Shown one piece after another: positions 13,855 through 25,200 of a stretch of 64,000 bases of DNA. The DNA comes from Cystobasidiomycetes sp. EMM_F5. Lineage: Eukaryota. The position numbers and the translations under genes were made by a program. The notes below the pieces were generated by a model. That model did no database searches and was not told the DNA's origin. It worked only from the letters and a program-made list of their open reading frames with translations. Position 1 is the first letter of the stretch; each line of letters begins with the position of its first letter. The stretch spans positions 310,001-374,000 of the forward strand of contig JBPGPT010000004.1 in assembly GCA_051047955.1 (NCBI GenBank), in the 5' to 3' direction.

Positions 13855-13914
13855 CAACATACACCATTCAAACATACAACAATTAAACACACAACAATCA
13901 AACATACAACACTC
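13855..13914 (+). repeat. 4 x 15-bp imperfect tandem repeat (AAACAYACAACAATY)
   Basis: caacatacaccattc aaacatacaacaatt aaacacacaacaatc aaacatacaacactc, just upstream of the ATG at 13940. Confidence 0.75.
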
Positions 13915-13939
13915 TCAACCCACACTACACTTCCACAAC

Positions 13940-16333
13940 ATGCCCTTCAATCCCTTCAAGCGGTCCACATCGAGCACATCCACGGCAACAATTGCTGACA
14001 TCGACAATTGTCAGATAGACCATCGCAACTGCCCGCAGACATCGCCCCGACATATCCTCGTTCCAAGCAAAGCGAGAGCGCTCCTGGGAGACGAGTCCCC
14101 GTCAAGACTGGCATTCCGTGGCCACCCTCAACCGGGGTTACGAGATGGAAAAGGAGAAAAGTCGATTCAACACAGACCGCTGATCCTCTTGGAGCAGAGG
14201 AATACCTCTGCACAAGAAAGGACGGTGAGTAATGTCCGCTTTATTTTGTTCGTGCGATCCGTCTGCTAATCTTCAGCTGGCTTCCATTAGAAGACGGTCC
14301 CTGTCCGGCCAGGGTTCAGTTGGACATCCGAGGGCTCCACCTTCTCAAGCTCGTCGTCCTCATTTCGGACGTCCAAACGACCTCCATGCCAACGTCAGAG
14401 AAGTAGATCCGACTCACCCTTTCACAGCCAGTCTTCTACATCCGCACAGAGTCTGTCTATCCACGCCAATGACAGCTCAGACGTGTACGATCCTGTCGAC
14501 TGTCATGATGCCTCTATTGGAATCACATCAGTGCATCGAGAAGCATCTCCACTTCCGCCCCTTCCCACAACTTCGCCTCCTGTCGTCGCATACTTTCCGA
14601 GACGCCCTATCCCAGTCAGAAGAGCTTCTTCCCTCGACAACATACACGTCGCTCACCTCGTCAGACTTCCTTCGCGTACCGTCCAATCTGTACGACTGAC
14701 CGCATCCTCGCCAGCCACAGACTACACAAACGACATCACGCACGGACCCTCACTAGAGCGTGTGGACGAGTTGCCGTCAATACAGGATGGAGCTAGCATA
14801 ACTTCTGAAACAGCTAGCAGCTTGGACGACAGTACAAACGCGTTTACACACACTTCGCCCGCTGCATTCTATATCCACCCGAATGTCGGTCGGAACTCGC
14901 TCAATGGGTCCGCTCCGAGCACTTGCGTCTCGCTGTCTTCTGGCACGCAGCAGGACCTTCCATCTACTCCTTCAGATCGCTCCGTCATATCGTCATCCAG
15001 TAGTGAGATCTCCTCTGCTGAGGATGTCGGATACGATTTTCCAACGCCACCCGCACCTCCATCACAGCCGTGCGATGTTGGTGTTGCGTCAACGTGTAAC
15101 GAATCCGCAGCTGCTACTTTAGGGCACACAACATCCTTCTTGTCCGTCTCATCTACTACAGTGAATACCACTGCTCCTCCGCTCGCCCCGTCTGCTGTGT
15201 CGGTATCGCCAGTCTCGTCAAAGTCGAGTGTTGCGGATCCAGACAAGATGAGACTATCGTTACTCACGCAGGGTTGGCTGAGGACGAGAATGGGAGAGTT
15301 TGACAGGGATGAGGATGTCACGCTCACTCTTAGAGGGGACAAGGAGGTTATGAGAGACGTCGATGTACAACTGGTCAGGATTGAAGAAGGTGATGAGATA
15401 GTCTGGGAGCTCAGGGTGAGGGGCGATAGAAATGAGCGGCAGATCTTGAACATCATTGGAAGGGGGGATGGTCCGGAGCGCGCTATGCAAGGATCGCACA
15501 TACTTCGAGAAACTGGAGGTCAACATCGTCCAATGTCTGACGCCTACTTCACCCTAGCACTGTCTGAAGGTATCAAGGGGAGCTCAGAGAAGGAAGAAAA
15601 GGATTTCAAGACCGACGATGGATACTTTAGCACAATCATCCGACAGAGCGGAGAACGCCCGTCATCGCCACCTTCTCTTCCCTGCTCTGTTCCCGTCACA
15701 CCCTTTCTCTCCGCCTCCACGGAAGTCGACTTTGATCCGGCACATCCTGCATTTATGTGCCACCCCTCGTCAGTATATAAGACAAGACAGCGTGAAGTCA
15801 CAGCCGATTCAGTTTTGTCAAATGAAAGTAGTCAAACAGCTCGGTTCCGACGTTCCGAACCGCTTACTCGTCACGAGACATTCGATGACTACTCTGCAGG
15901 ATATCGATTCCCAAGTCCACGCACCCCTTCATTCCACGTCGACGCAGAGATGAAGAGACAGATCTCTTCTTGCTCGACCGATAGCTCGAATTTGACGACC
16001 GCTTCCTCCACGTCTGCTTCCGATGATCTAGATAGTCATAGCACATACTTTACGGCTCGAGAGACAATTCGACATCTTGGGAGTTCAAGGGGAGCAAGAG
16101 GTACACCAGGCTACGTTCAGGCTATCCAGTCGCACTGGGAGGAAAAGCAGTTGGATAATTTGGCGACAGGCTTGTTCTTCCCTGACGTTGGACATGAAGA
16201 AGATGCGTTTAGGTTATGGCTGCCCCCTCATGCTGCAAGAAGACAGAAGCGTAATGCTCAATCAGCTTCACACAGGCGAGCCGTCTCGGCCTGGAGCGTT
16301 AGCGACGTTGGTGTTGACGTCGATGTCGCATGA
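13940..16333 (+). CDS. Hypothetical Ser/Pro-rich, largely disordered protein, probably spliced
   Basis: ATG 13940 (MPFNPFKRS), gtgagt donor near 14225 and a 616-codon ORF at 14483-16333. No recognisable family. Confidence 0.6.
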
Positions 16334-17064
16334 CGTTTCAATATGGGGTTTAAAGCACCAACACCTGGCGTGCTGCAAACATCCATTTCCCAAGCTTTGT
16401 GGCGCGACAACTACACATACTAGACTGGACTGGGACATTTTCGCCTGTCCCGACGACGAAAGCGCAATCTGTACACCTTCTCATCTTGCTCCCCCACCGC
16501 TGTTCTCCGATCCTGGATGCTTTTCTACGAAAGTCACAACCCCGCCCATTCAGTACGGGCGCTCTCCGCTGAAATTTAGAAGGCCAATTTAATCTAGCTT
16601 AATTCAGCATCAGCTTGCAGATAACACAGCACACTCAAACTTCTTCTCGATGCCATGCCAAGCAGTGCTCCTTAGTCTCTTAGTACCCATTAGCCTGCTT
16701 TTAGACAAGCTTTAATGTAACTTTTTGCAATTCAGACTATGCTTTGTGTCAGCAGAAGGCGAGGCTCATACGTCTTGAATAGCGATACCCTCGACGCACA
16801 GAATGCAGGAAGGCTTGTATTGCATTCGTACGGGAATAACATGAAAGAATGGATAGATCTTCGCTCCTATATACGCCGGTAGATAGCTTCATAAAAGCCT
16901 CCACATGCTCTCAGTCATTGTTACTCTAACTGAGCGGCACCTGTTGTAGCGGTGTTGAAGTGGGAAAGTTTGCCAACGACATGGATTGATCAATGCGTTG
17001 CACAAGGCTGAGCCAGAGAGACCTTCCGCATGGTCGTTCAGACGCAAACTGTGCCGTTAGTGCG

Positions 17065-18201
17065 ATGCCTCGTCTGCCTCAGACGTCAATACTGGAACAT
17101 GACTTTCTCTTGAAGGCTCTGAGCGAGCAGTCTATCCGGACTGACGGTCGAGGGCTGCTTGAAGCCAGAGAGCTGTCCGTGACCTGCGGGACTTCATACG
17201 GCTCTGTGGAAGTGACGTTGGGCGGAGGAGGCCACACGCCGGCTACGAGAGTGTCTGCGCAGGTATCGGCAGATATCGTTAAACCCAGAGACGAAAGACC
17301 ATTCGAAGGCTTCCTGGTCGTGCATAGCGAAATATCACCGATCGCAGGCAGCAACCACGAAGCTGGAGGGAGGTGAGCAGACTCCCGAGCTAGAGCGATA
17401 GTGCTGTCCCGACGTGTATGCTGATGGTGTTGCGGTACCCGTTGTCCATAGGCCAAGTCAGGATGAAGTCAGCATAAATCGGTCACTCGAGAAAGCCTTG
17501 CGGCGAAGTGAAGTCGTTGATCGCGAATCTCTCTGCATTGTTGCTGGTCAGAAGGTGCGCATTCCTTCGTAGTGCACGCTGGGCTTATCCTGACCATTGC
17601 GGCTACCTTTGAATTGAAATCTTCAGGTCTGGCAAATAAGAATTGATGTGCATTTCATCAATGACGAAGGCAATATGGTCGAATGCGCAAGCATAGCGTG
17701 TATGACTGCTCTTCTACACTTCCGGAAGCCGGAAGTTACGATCGAAGGGACTCAAGTGACGGTAGTAGGTTCTCCTACTGTTCTTTCTGTTGACCCACCT
17801 CACGGATGATCTCTGCTTGAAAGCATTCTCTTGAGGAGAGAGTTCCCACTCCGCTATCCCTAAATCACTCTCCGTATTGCATCTCCTTTGCCTTCTTTGG
17901 CTCAATGTATGCTTCTCTACCTCAACTCGGCATGCATCACATCTGCTAACTTTCGTTTCTCAGAACAATCCTAGATCCCAGTCTATTGGAATCTCAATTA
18001 TGTTCTGGTACCATTACCCTCACACTCAATCCGCAAAACGAAATTTGCGTCCTGACTAAAGCTGGAGGAGAACCACTTTCCGTACGCGAGATTATGAGAA
18101 TAGTTGGCATCGCAAAACAGAGAATAGCGACCATTGACGAGGCCGTCAAGAAGGCGCTCAAAAAGGCGCAAGCCAAGATGGCCGCGCAGATTGGCTATTG
18201 A
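17065..18201 (+). CDS. RRP45: Exosome complex RNase PH-like subunit Rrp45
   Basis: RTDGR, SADIVKPRDERPFEG, DRESLCIVAGQKVWQIRIDVHFINDEGN, ALLHFRKPEV, EICVLTKAGG. Confidence 0.93.
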
Positions 18202-18436
18202 TAATCTTAGTCTCAATCGTATCTGGGTATCCATGTTGTCGTGGCAAACATTTTTCGTCGTTTTCGCAAAGAATCAAACATGTAGATATGTCCGAGCTTC
18301 TGTCTGGCAGTGTAAGGGTAGGCGGGGTATGGGTCGAAGCATCTTAATTCCTCAGACAACAACAACGTCCCGTCAGCGCTTTGCTTGCCAGTCGGCCAGG
18401 AATGTATATTGTTTGTAGACAATTGTGGCTTGGACG

Positions 18437-18509
18437 GCGCCGGTGGTCCAGAGGTTAAGATGTGCCCTTCCCAAGGGTGAGATCAAGGGTTCGAACCCCT
18501 TCCGGCGCA
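18437..18509 (+). tRNA. tRNA-Gly (anticodon CCC), intronless
   Basis: Acceptor GCGCCGG/CCGGCGC+A, D arm GTCC-AGAGGTTA-AGAT, anticodon arm TGCCC-TTCCCAA-GGGTG, T arm AAGGG-TTCGAAC-CCCTT, followed by a T-run Pol III terminator. Confidence 0.93.
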
Positions 18510-18860
18510 ATTTTTGCTCATCTTCACCGTAATGTACCATGTCGGCATTCGCCATTGCCTGGCCTGGCCGATGTTCCGAACATTGCCTCTTTCGCTTCGG
18601 TGCGCTCGCTGAAAGGTATGTAGTCAGCGCTCAGCTCTACATTTTGGCTTGATAGCAGAGTGGCTTGGTATTTGACAACCTAACATCGAACCCCGTCGAG
18701 CCGCTATAGCTAATGTCGAATACAATTGCCAGCAATACACGAGTAACTCGACAACGATGAGTATTACATCATACTCGACAGAGAGAGTGAATGGAAAGAT
18801 TGCTACGATAGTGCCAGACTAAGGTAAGGCTCCAAGCCGATGGTGCTTGGTCTCCGGGTC

Positions 18861-20070
18861 TCATACTTTGGTGATTGTACCGCTTTTGATTGTAATGCTC
18901 CTGCCCTGAGCCATCGATGCAAGATCAGCAGGAGCTGGTATCTTGACCTTGACCTGGCCAGTACGGGCAGCTCTATTAGCCTGTATGCGTAGCTATGGTT
19001 CTGTCCCTTAGCAAGATCCGGCTGCTGTACATTTGGGGACCCAACCTACTCGTGACAGTTGACTGTTAGCTAGCTCGTCAGCAAGCCAGTGATTGACTTC
19101 TGTCCCATGGCGAACAGTTGTGTGCTCGTATCTGTACTTTGCTGGATCAAAAGGCTTGAAACCTTCCATCTGCAATGTAACGGCATTCGTACGTGTGCAA
19201 TATACTCTGCTGCAGGCTTACGAATAGATAATATGCATTCTTCGACTCTGCGGAAACGTCCGACCAAGTCTGGTCCAGGGGTGCAATGTGAGTCTGGACG
19301 AAATTGAGAGAAAATTTCTGGTATTCTGCAGCGTCAGCGGCATTCACAATGCGTGTTTCATCCATGTTCGAACCCACTGTTGCTTCGGTCCAGGTCTTGG
19401 CGTTGCATCCCGGAATCCCCGCCGCAAGTAGTACCTTCCATGACGCGTCTCGTAGATTCCGAGGTTGTTTGAGTACGCATATATTGCCGTCCATCTCATA
19501 TTGGATCTCATTGGTAATACTGCGATTCTGCGTTTTGGCTGTCTTCGACACCTGCTTGTCGGGTTGACCGCCGCTAACAGTCACATCCTCAGCGGGTTGC
19601 TTGCGCTGACGACGCCGTTTTGCCGGACCAGAGTGCACGGGGTCTGCTGCAAATACATCGGTGCCGGTATCGTCATAGTCCGAGTCTGCGCTCGACTTCC
19701 GTTTTCTCTTCGCACGCCTTCCGACAGATTCTCGACGACGCTCCTTGCGAGATTCTGTGGTGTAACCGTCGGAGTCATCGATGGGATCCGACCATCTTAC
19801 CCTTCTTGCTTTTCCCTTCCCTTTCTCCTTGTTTCTAGACGAAGAATCCTTGAGTATAGACCTAGGAACCTCGACCTTGTCTTCTCCAGCGAGTTCATCA
19901 TTGTCATCGATATCTCCCCCTTCATCTGTTGTTTCATCTTCTTCCACACCGCTCGTGTCGATATTCGGTGCGTTACGCACGGATCTGCTTGATTTGGAGG
20001 CCGTAGCCGATGTCGAAGCTGCTGGTTGAGACCGCGACGCATGCGGAGCAGTATTGTCTGCTCTTTCTGC
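18861..20070 (-). CDS. Hypothetical protein with acidic/basic NLS-like N-half and a small folded C-terminal region; 5' end unresolved
   Basis: 277-codon ORF 19147-19980 with KRKRK and KRRRQRK. Plausible downstream exons MEGFKPFD...HWLADELAN and ANRAART...TITKV*. Confidence 0.55.
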
Positions 20071-20352
20071 AAGGAGGGCAGCTAGTCACACCGACAGTTT
20101 AGTATAAAAGAGCGAATTTAGCTGTGCTGTGGAGAACTTCCTTTTGTTTTTACGAGTCGTTCTGAATAATCACTTTTGCCCTTTGCGCTGTGACCTCTAC
20201 CGCGTAGCAATGCGGCACGTTGTAAGACCAGGAGGACTATTAATTTGTCGAGAGTATTCAGCTGTCGTTGCATCTATGTTTCCATGGTATAGGTAAATCC
20301 AAACCAAATTGCGCGAAGGGTGCGTGAAGGTCGACTTTTTTTTACAAGGGCA

Positions 20353-21265
20353 TAATGCACCCTCGAGTTTGTGGGTAATGTACCCCTTTACTGTTCGAAT
20401 AACCCCCAAGTAGGTCAACCCGCCCCTACTTCTTGTCTAATGCGCCCCCGAAAGATTTGTAATCCTTATTGCTATTTTCCACAGCGTGCGAATCGACTTT
20501 TGACAACGCAGACATGTTATTCTATAGTTTTACTACTGCTATCCAGCCCCTCTCGCCATTGCGACTTGTTTCTGATGTCTGACTTGCCCCGCATTGCCAC
20601 CGTCATAAGTCTGCCCATAGGGACAAAACAGCTTGTGGAACACTCGAAAGACTTTGGTGAGTAGCATATAGCAATTCAACTACTCGTAAACTATGTCAAG
20701 TATTGCTGATAACATCCGGAGGTGGATTAAAGTAGGTAGCAAATGAGCTAAGTGAGTCAATCTACTGTAAGAAGACAGTGCATTCCTTTAAGTCAGATAG
20801 GGCTACCGCATGGACCGCACGTGTGGGCACGGACAACTCAAAGGGAATGCTTGTTGCGGTGCTGGAAGAATTGCTTAGTTTTCCGTCCAAAATTCCTCCA
20901 CAATGTGGGAAGGTCAAAGAGATGCTTCAACACGACAGCAGACTCAACAGAAATGTGCATTTGTGAATATCAGTGCTCTTCAGCCTCGAGGACGTGTCAA
21001 AGGTAGCTGATTGTCGATTTGATCGCAACGTCAAAGGGGGAAAAGGAAAAAGCGGCGGCGTAAATGGTCTGAGGAATTCAAAAACACTCCAATTGACTTT
21101 CTTCCATCGTAAAATGTAGTTCACAGTATCATGCCTACTCTGGTCTTTCAGCTATGTGGCTCGCAAGTCTTATGGGGGTCGATTGTGCCTGATTTGGGGG
21201 CGATTTTTGAATGTTGGGGGCGGCTATGACTCGTGAGGGCGGGTTGTTCCAAGAAGGGGCAGGTA
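20353..21265. repeat. Pair of inverted, ~21-bp-phased motif arrays (5 + 5 copies) flanking a lower-GC core
   Basis: Left C-tracts start at 20360, 20383, 20403, 20423, 20445. Right G-tracts end at 21178, 21200, 21220, 21239, 21259. caacccgccc (20416) is the exact reverse complement of gggcgggttg (21237). Confidence 0.6.
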
Positions 21266-22255
21266 AGCTTTTTATGCAGGTAGCAGCCTTTTCGAATTCA
21301 ATTTTTCCGTGCGGGTTTGTAATTTTCGGGCGCGAAGGGCAGGACGACGGGGGATTCACTCAGCTTGGAGCTACTATGTATCAAGAAGGACTGGCTCCAC
21401 TGCTAATTCACGTTCCATACTTTCCTACTGCCTAAATATGCACGCTCATGCGGGCTTTCCTTGAAAGATAGAGCGGACTCCAATGGCCGAACCCGCTGCA
21501 TTCAACGTGGACGGGCGCAGAGTGTCCGAATCACATATGTTGGTTATGAGTTGCATTCGCTGCTCTAATGGCAGGCTCGTAACCAGACGACTGGGAGCAC
21601 AAACAGGGTAATGGCGTTACACAGAAGCTGAAGTTGCCTCTGTTCGGCTTTGGTACTGTCAGTCTCAGTTGAGACCATTTGGGACTGGACTTCGTAGACC
21701 CGGTGTGGTGCGTGGCACTCTAAGTCGCATCTGTGTCCTCGCTGTCTGCTCTGCGCTTCCGTGCCTCGTCGGAAGTGCTCCGCTTGACGGATCCTATGCT
21801 TGGTCCGTCTGTGTATACGCATCAGTGCATCAGTGTCTATGCCCATCGGATAGATACTCACGCTGTCTGGCACAATTGTTTCTGCGGCCAAAATACACGA
21901 ATGCACTTGTATTGCACCAGCGAGGCGAATTCAAAGTGAGTGAGCCTAGATCTGCAAAGATGCATCAGTTGTATCAGTGAGACGGCTGTCAGCTTCCACC
22001 TTAAGCTCGGAGCAACTGCAGGTCAATCGTTTTTGTTCAGTGTTTAGCACTAGTACAAGCGCGATTCGAGTGCCATCAGTATTAAATCAGATGTCAAAGT
22101 CGCGAAACGTAGCTAAGAGCTGGTCTCCGTTATATACTCGAGCTCGGTGTATGCACAAACTACCATCTTTGGCAATGTTTTAGCAATCACGTTTCTATAC
22201 GGCTACCCTCAATTTACCATCCCATCAAATCGCCTCTGCAACGTAATGCCAAACT

Positions 22256-25200
22256 ATGTCGGCATTCTCCCACTTGTTGCGACAAGCTCCGTATTATAGT
22301 CCTTCTGCATACGACAGTTCGCCGAGGGCAGGACCGAGCAGGCCAATCCCGACTTACCAGCGTCCGAAACCGCTGGTCAATCCGTACACTTCTCTCTCCG
22401 CGGACGCATTCGATAACTTTGTAGATGGAGTCTCGAGCAAGATTCGAGATGCGCTGTCCTTTGATCCGGCCAGTACCGCACCGAAACGAAGGGGATACGC
22501 CAATGACGCAGAATATTGGATGGACGTTGGCGGACTACCTGGAGAGTTCAGCTTGAAGCGGGTCGAGCAGAATGAAAGCGCGCCCGATGGCGATGGTGAT
22601 GCCAGTCCTGACCTCTCCATTGATGCTGAGAAGCCGGAGCAACCCAGAGCGGCCTCGAAGACTGGAAGCGGTACAGATGTCCTGGATGAATTGGACACCC
22701 AAGATGAGCACAATGCTGACGATCTAGAGCAACATCACAGCTCAGAATCAGAATATGAGAACGAGTAAGGCCAGCCAAGTCTGCCCTAATATGAATGACA
22801 TTGGCTAATCAAAATGCCTTTGAATCAGACTTACAGATGCTGACGGCGATATACAGCCAGAAGAATCCATCTATTCTGATAACAGCAATGGCGAGACATC
22901 TGCGCGTATGTATCCGATACTAGACGACCTGCGAGGGGCAGGTTCAACACAAGCGACATACAAACCCATACAGGGATTCATCCCGGCTTCCTCCTTACTA
23001 TCTTCGGAACCCGATTTACCGCCAGACGATCTGTACGCCGAGTCAAACAATGGCACCGACGCTTCTGCGGACGACTCTGTGCAATTGGGCGTCTTGCCGG
23101 AGCTGAATGGAGAAGCAGACGATGCTGACCCAACAGACATACTACTTGGCTCCGAAGATATCAACATTGATGACCAGCTTATGATGCGGACAGGTCCGCT
23201 GTCAGATCCAGCTGGGATTGACGAAGCCATCGCGGCTATACAAACATTCGATGAGCAGGAGCAACAGCTTGACGATGATCTGATTCATGCATTGCAAGTG
23301 CACCAGCAAGCGCTCGAGGACGATAAGAATGACCTGCCAGAACTTTCCGATAATGAAAATGACCACCGCAACGCAAATCCGCCGACCTTGTCCCAACCGA
23401 CAAGCTCCATACCAAAGGCAGCTAGCGTCAAATCCCGCTCTGCTTCGGCAGTCATAGAGATTGGCTCAAGTTCAGAAGGGGAGCAGGAGAATGACAGCGA
23501 AGGAGATCAGGAGGAGGAAGCAACCCCGCCTCCACTCGGAAGCACGCTCTCACAGTATGGCGGGAATGTCGCATCAACCAGTTCTGCACTATATCCGCCA
23601 CCCGCGTCACAGAAACGCCTGTTGTCGTCACGCGTTCTGCCGCACCTAGATCGAGAGGACAGACGAGCAAGCGGATATCAGAATAGTGACGACGATGATC
23701 AGGAAGACGAGGATAATGATGGCGATAGTGATTCCTATTATCGAATCGAGCAAGGGAACGATGCCACTGTATCAGATGAAGAGGACCGCAAGGAATACGC
23801 TCGAATAAGGCGGTCCATACACAGAAGAAAGCCACAACTGGAAGACGCAGATGCGGAAGATCGGTATTTTGACGATGATGATGGGAACAATGCCGCCAAT
23901 AGCGAAGATGGTGACCATACAGAAGATCACGAGGAAGCCTACGATACATCATCTTCACACGGAACCGCCGCCAGCTCTAGAAACAAGCGCAAATGGGCAG
24001 AGGAGATGGATGATGAGCTCAGCGACGGAGAGCTTGATCGGATAAACCAGAAAGAAAATGGCAACCTTGAGGAGAGGGTTCCAGTCCCGCACTTTTTCAA
24101 GAAGATCAAAGGTACTGGTGATTACGATTTGATAGCTGTAAACGACAGCGAGGATGAAGACAGCGAGGACGTGGATGAGCAAGACGAAGAAGAGAACGAC
24201 ATTCGCGTCTTGGAGACGCCTAATGTTGACGTCCCGATGAATGCCACCGCACAGTATATACTGAATCAGGAGGTTGGCTTAGACAGTTTTACGCCCCCAC
24301 ACGCTGAAGAAATGCCGCGAAGCATTCTGCCGTCAGTCAGCTTTCCAGAGCTGGAGTTTCTCACCAATCTGCATACCGAGAGGACCCCTTCACCTGCTCT
24401 CGATGTCGACGCTGCCTTGCGGAGCCTTACACAGGGAGCAGCGGATCTACCTCCCCCCGGCGACATCGTGGTATCAACTCCCGACACTAATTTTGGTGCG
24501 ATACTAGCCGGACATGCCACGGAAACGTTGCAAGCAGACCTGGAAATGGCCTCTAGCGAAACGCTCTTGGACCTGGTAAGCCACGTGGACGGTACCCTTG
24601 CGAAACCATCGCTTCACGCGACAGACATGGTGCAAGAGACAGAACAACCGTCAGCGCTACAGCCAGTGCTGGACAACCTTTCGGACCATGAGATGCTGGC
24701 ACATACGGTACAGCCTGAAGCCTCTCTCGCACATACTGAGGCGTCAAACGCGAGTCTGGGAACCTATCTTCCGCCAGGCAATACAAGCATCATCAGCTCA
24801 GATAGTACGGCTGACGTCCTGAATCCAGCGAGTCCGCTGTCTGCCGATATTGCGGTAGAGATGACGTCCGCCGCAGAGAATGATGAGAGCGTCAATGTCA
24901 AACCTCCTTCTGAAACCGAGCCATCTGCGCTTTCCCCTCATCCGCCTACCCTTTTCGATGACACGCAACAGGAAGAAGTGTCCGGTCAGCCAGCGTCGCC
25001 AAACCAAGCAATGGATAGAGAAGCAGCATCAACGGAAGGCATTATTGAAACTAGTGCAAGAGGCAGCCCTTCGGCTTCCGCAGCCCCTGAGGCCGAGCGG
25101 ATGGCCTCGTTTGTCGAGACAAGCGATGCGCACATGGAGGCAGCCGAGTCAGTCATGCCAGAAAACGACAAGAAGCTCAGCGTTGACGACGACGTCGGGG

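Noticed and set aside
20353..20450. Phased motifs as a CRISPR-like array
   Set aside because: Eukaryotic context, repeats about 11 bp and degenerate, spacers about 10 bp, no cas genes
20575..21006. Short + strand ORFs with gtgagt donors inside the array core
   Set aside because: Could not be assembled into a consistent gene model and have no recognisable motifs
20311..21339. 10-bp direct repeat gcgcgaaggg (20311 and 21330) as a target-site duplication of a MULE-like element
   Set aside because: No terminal inverted repeats directly inside the repeats and no transposase. It may be chance or part of the motif family.
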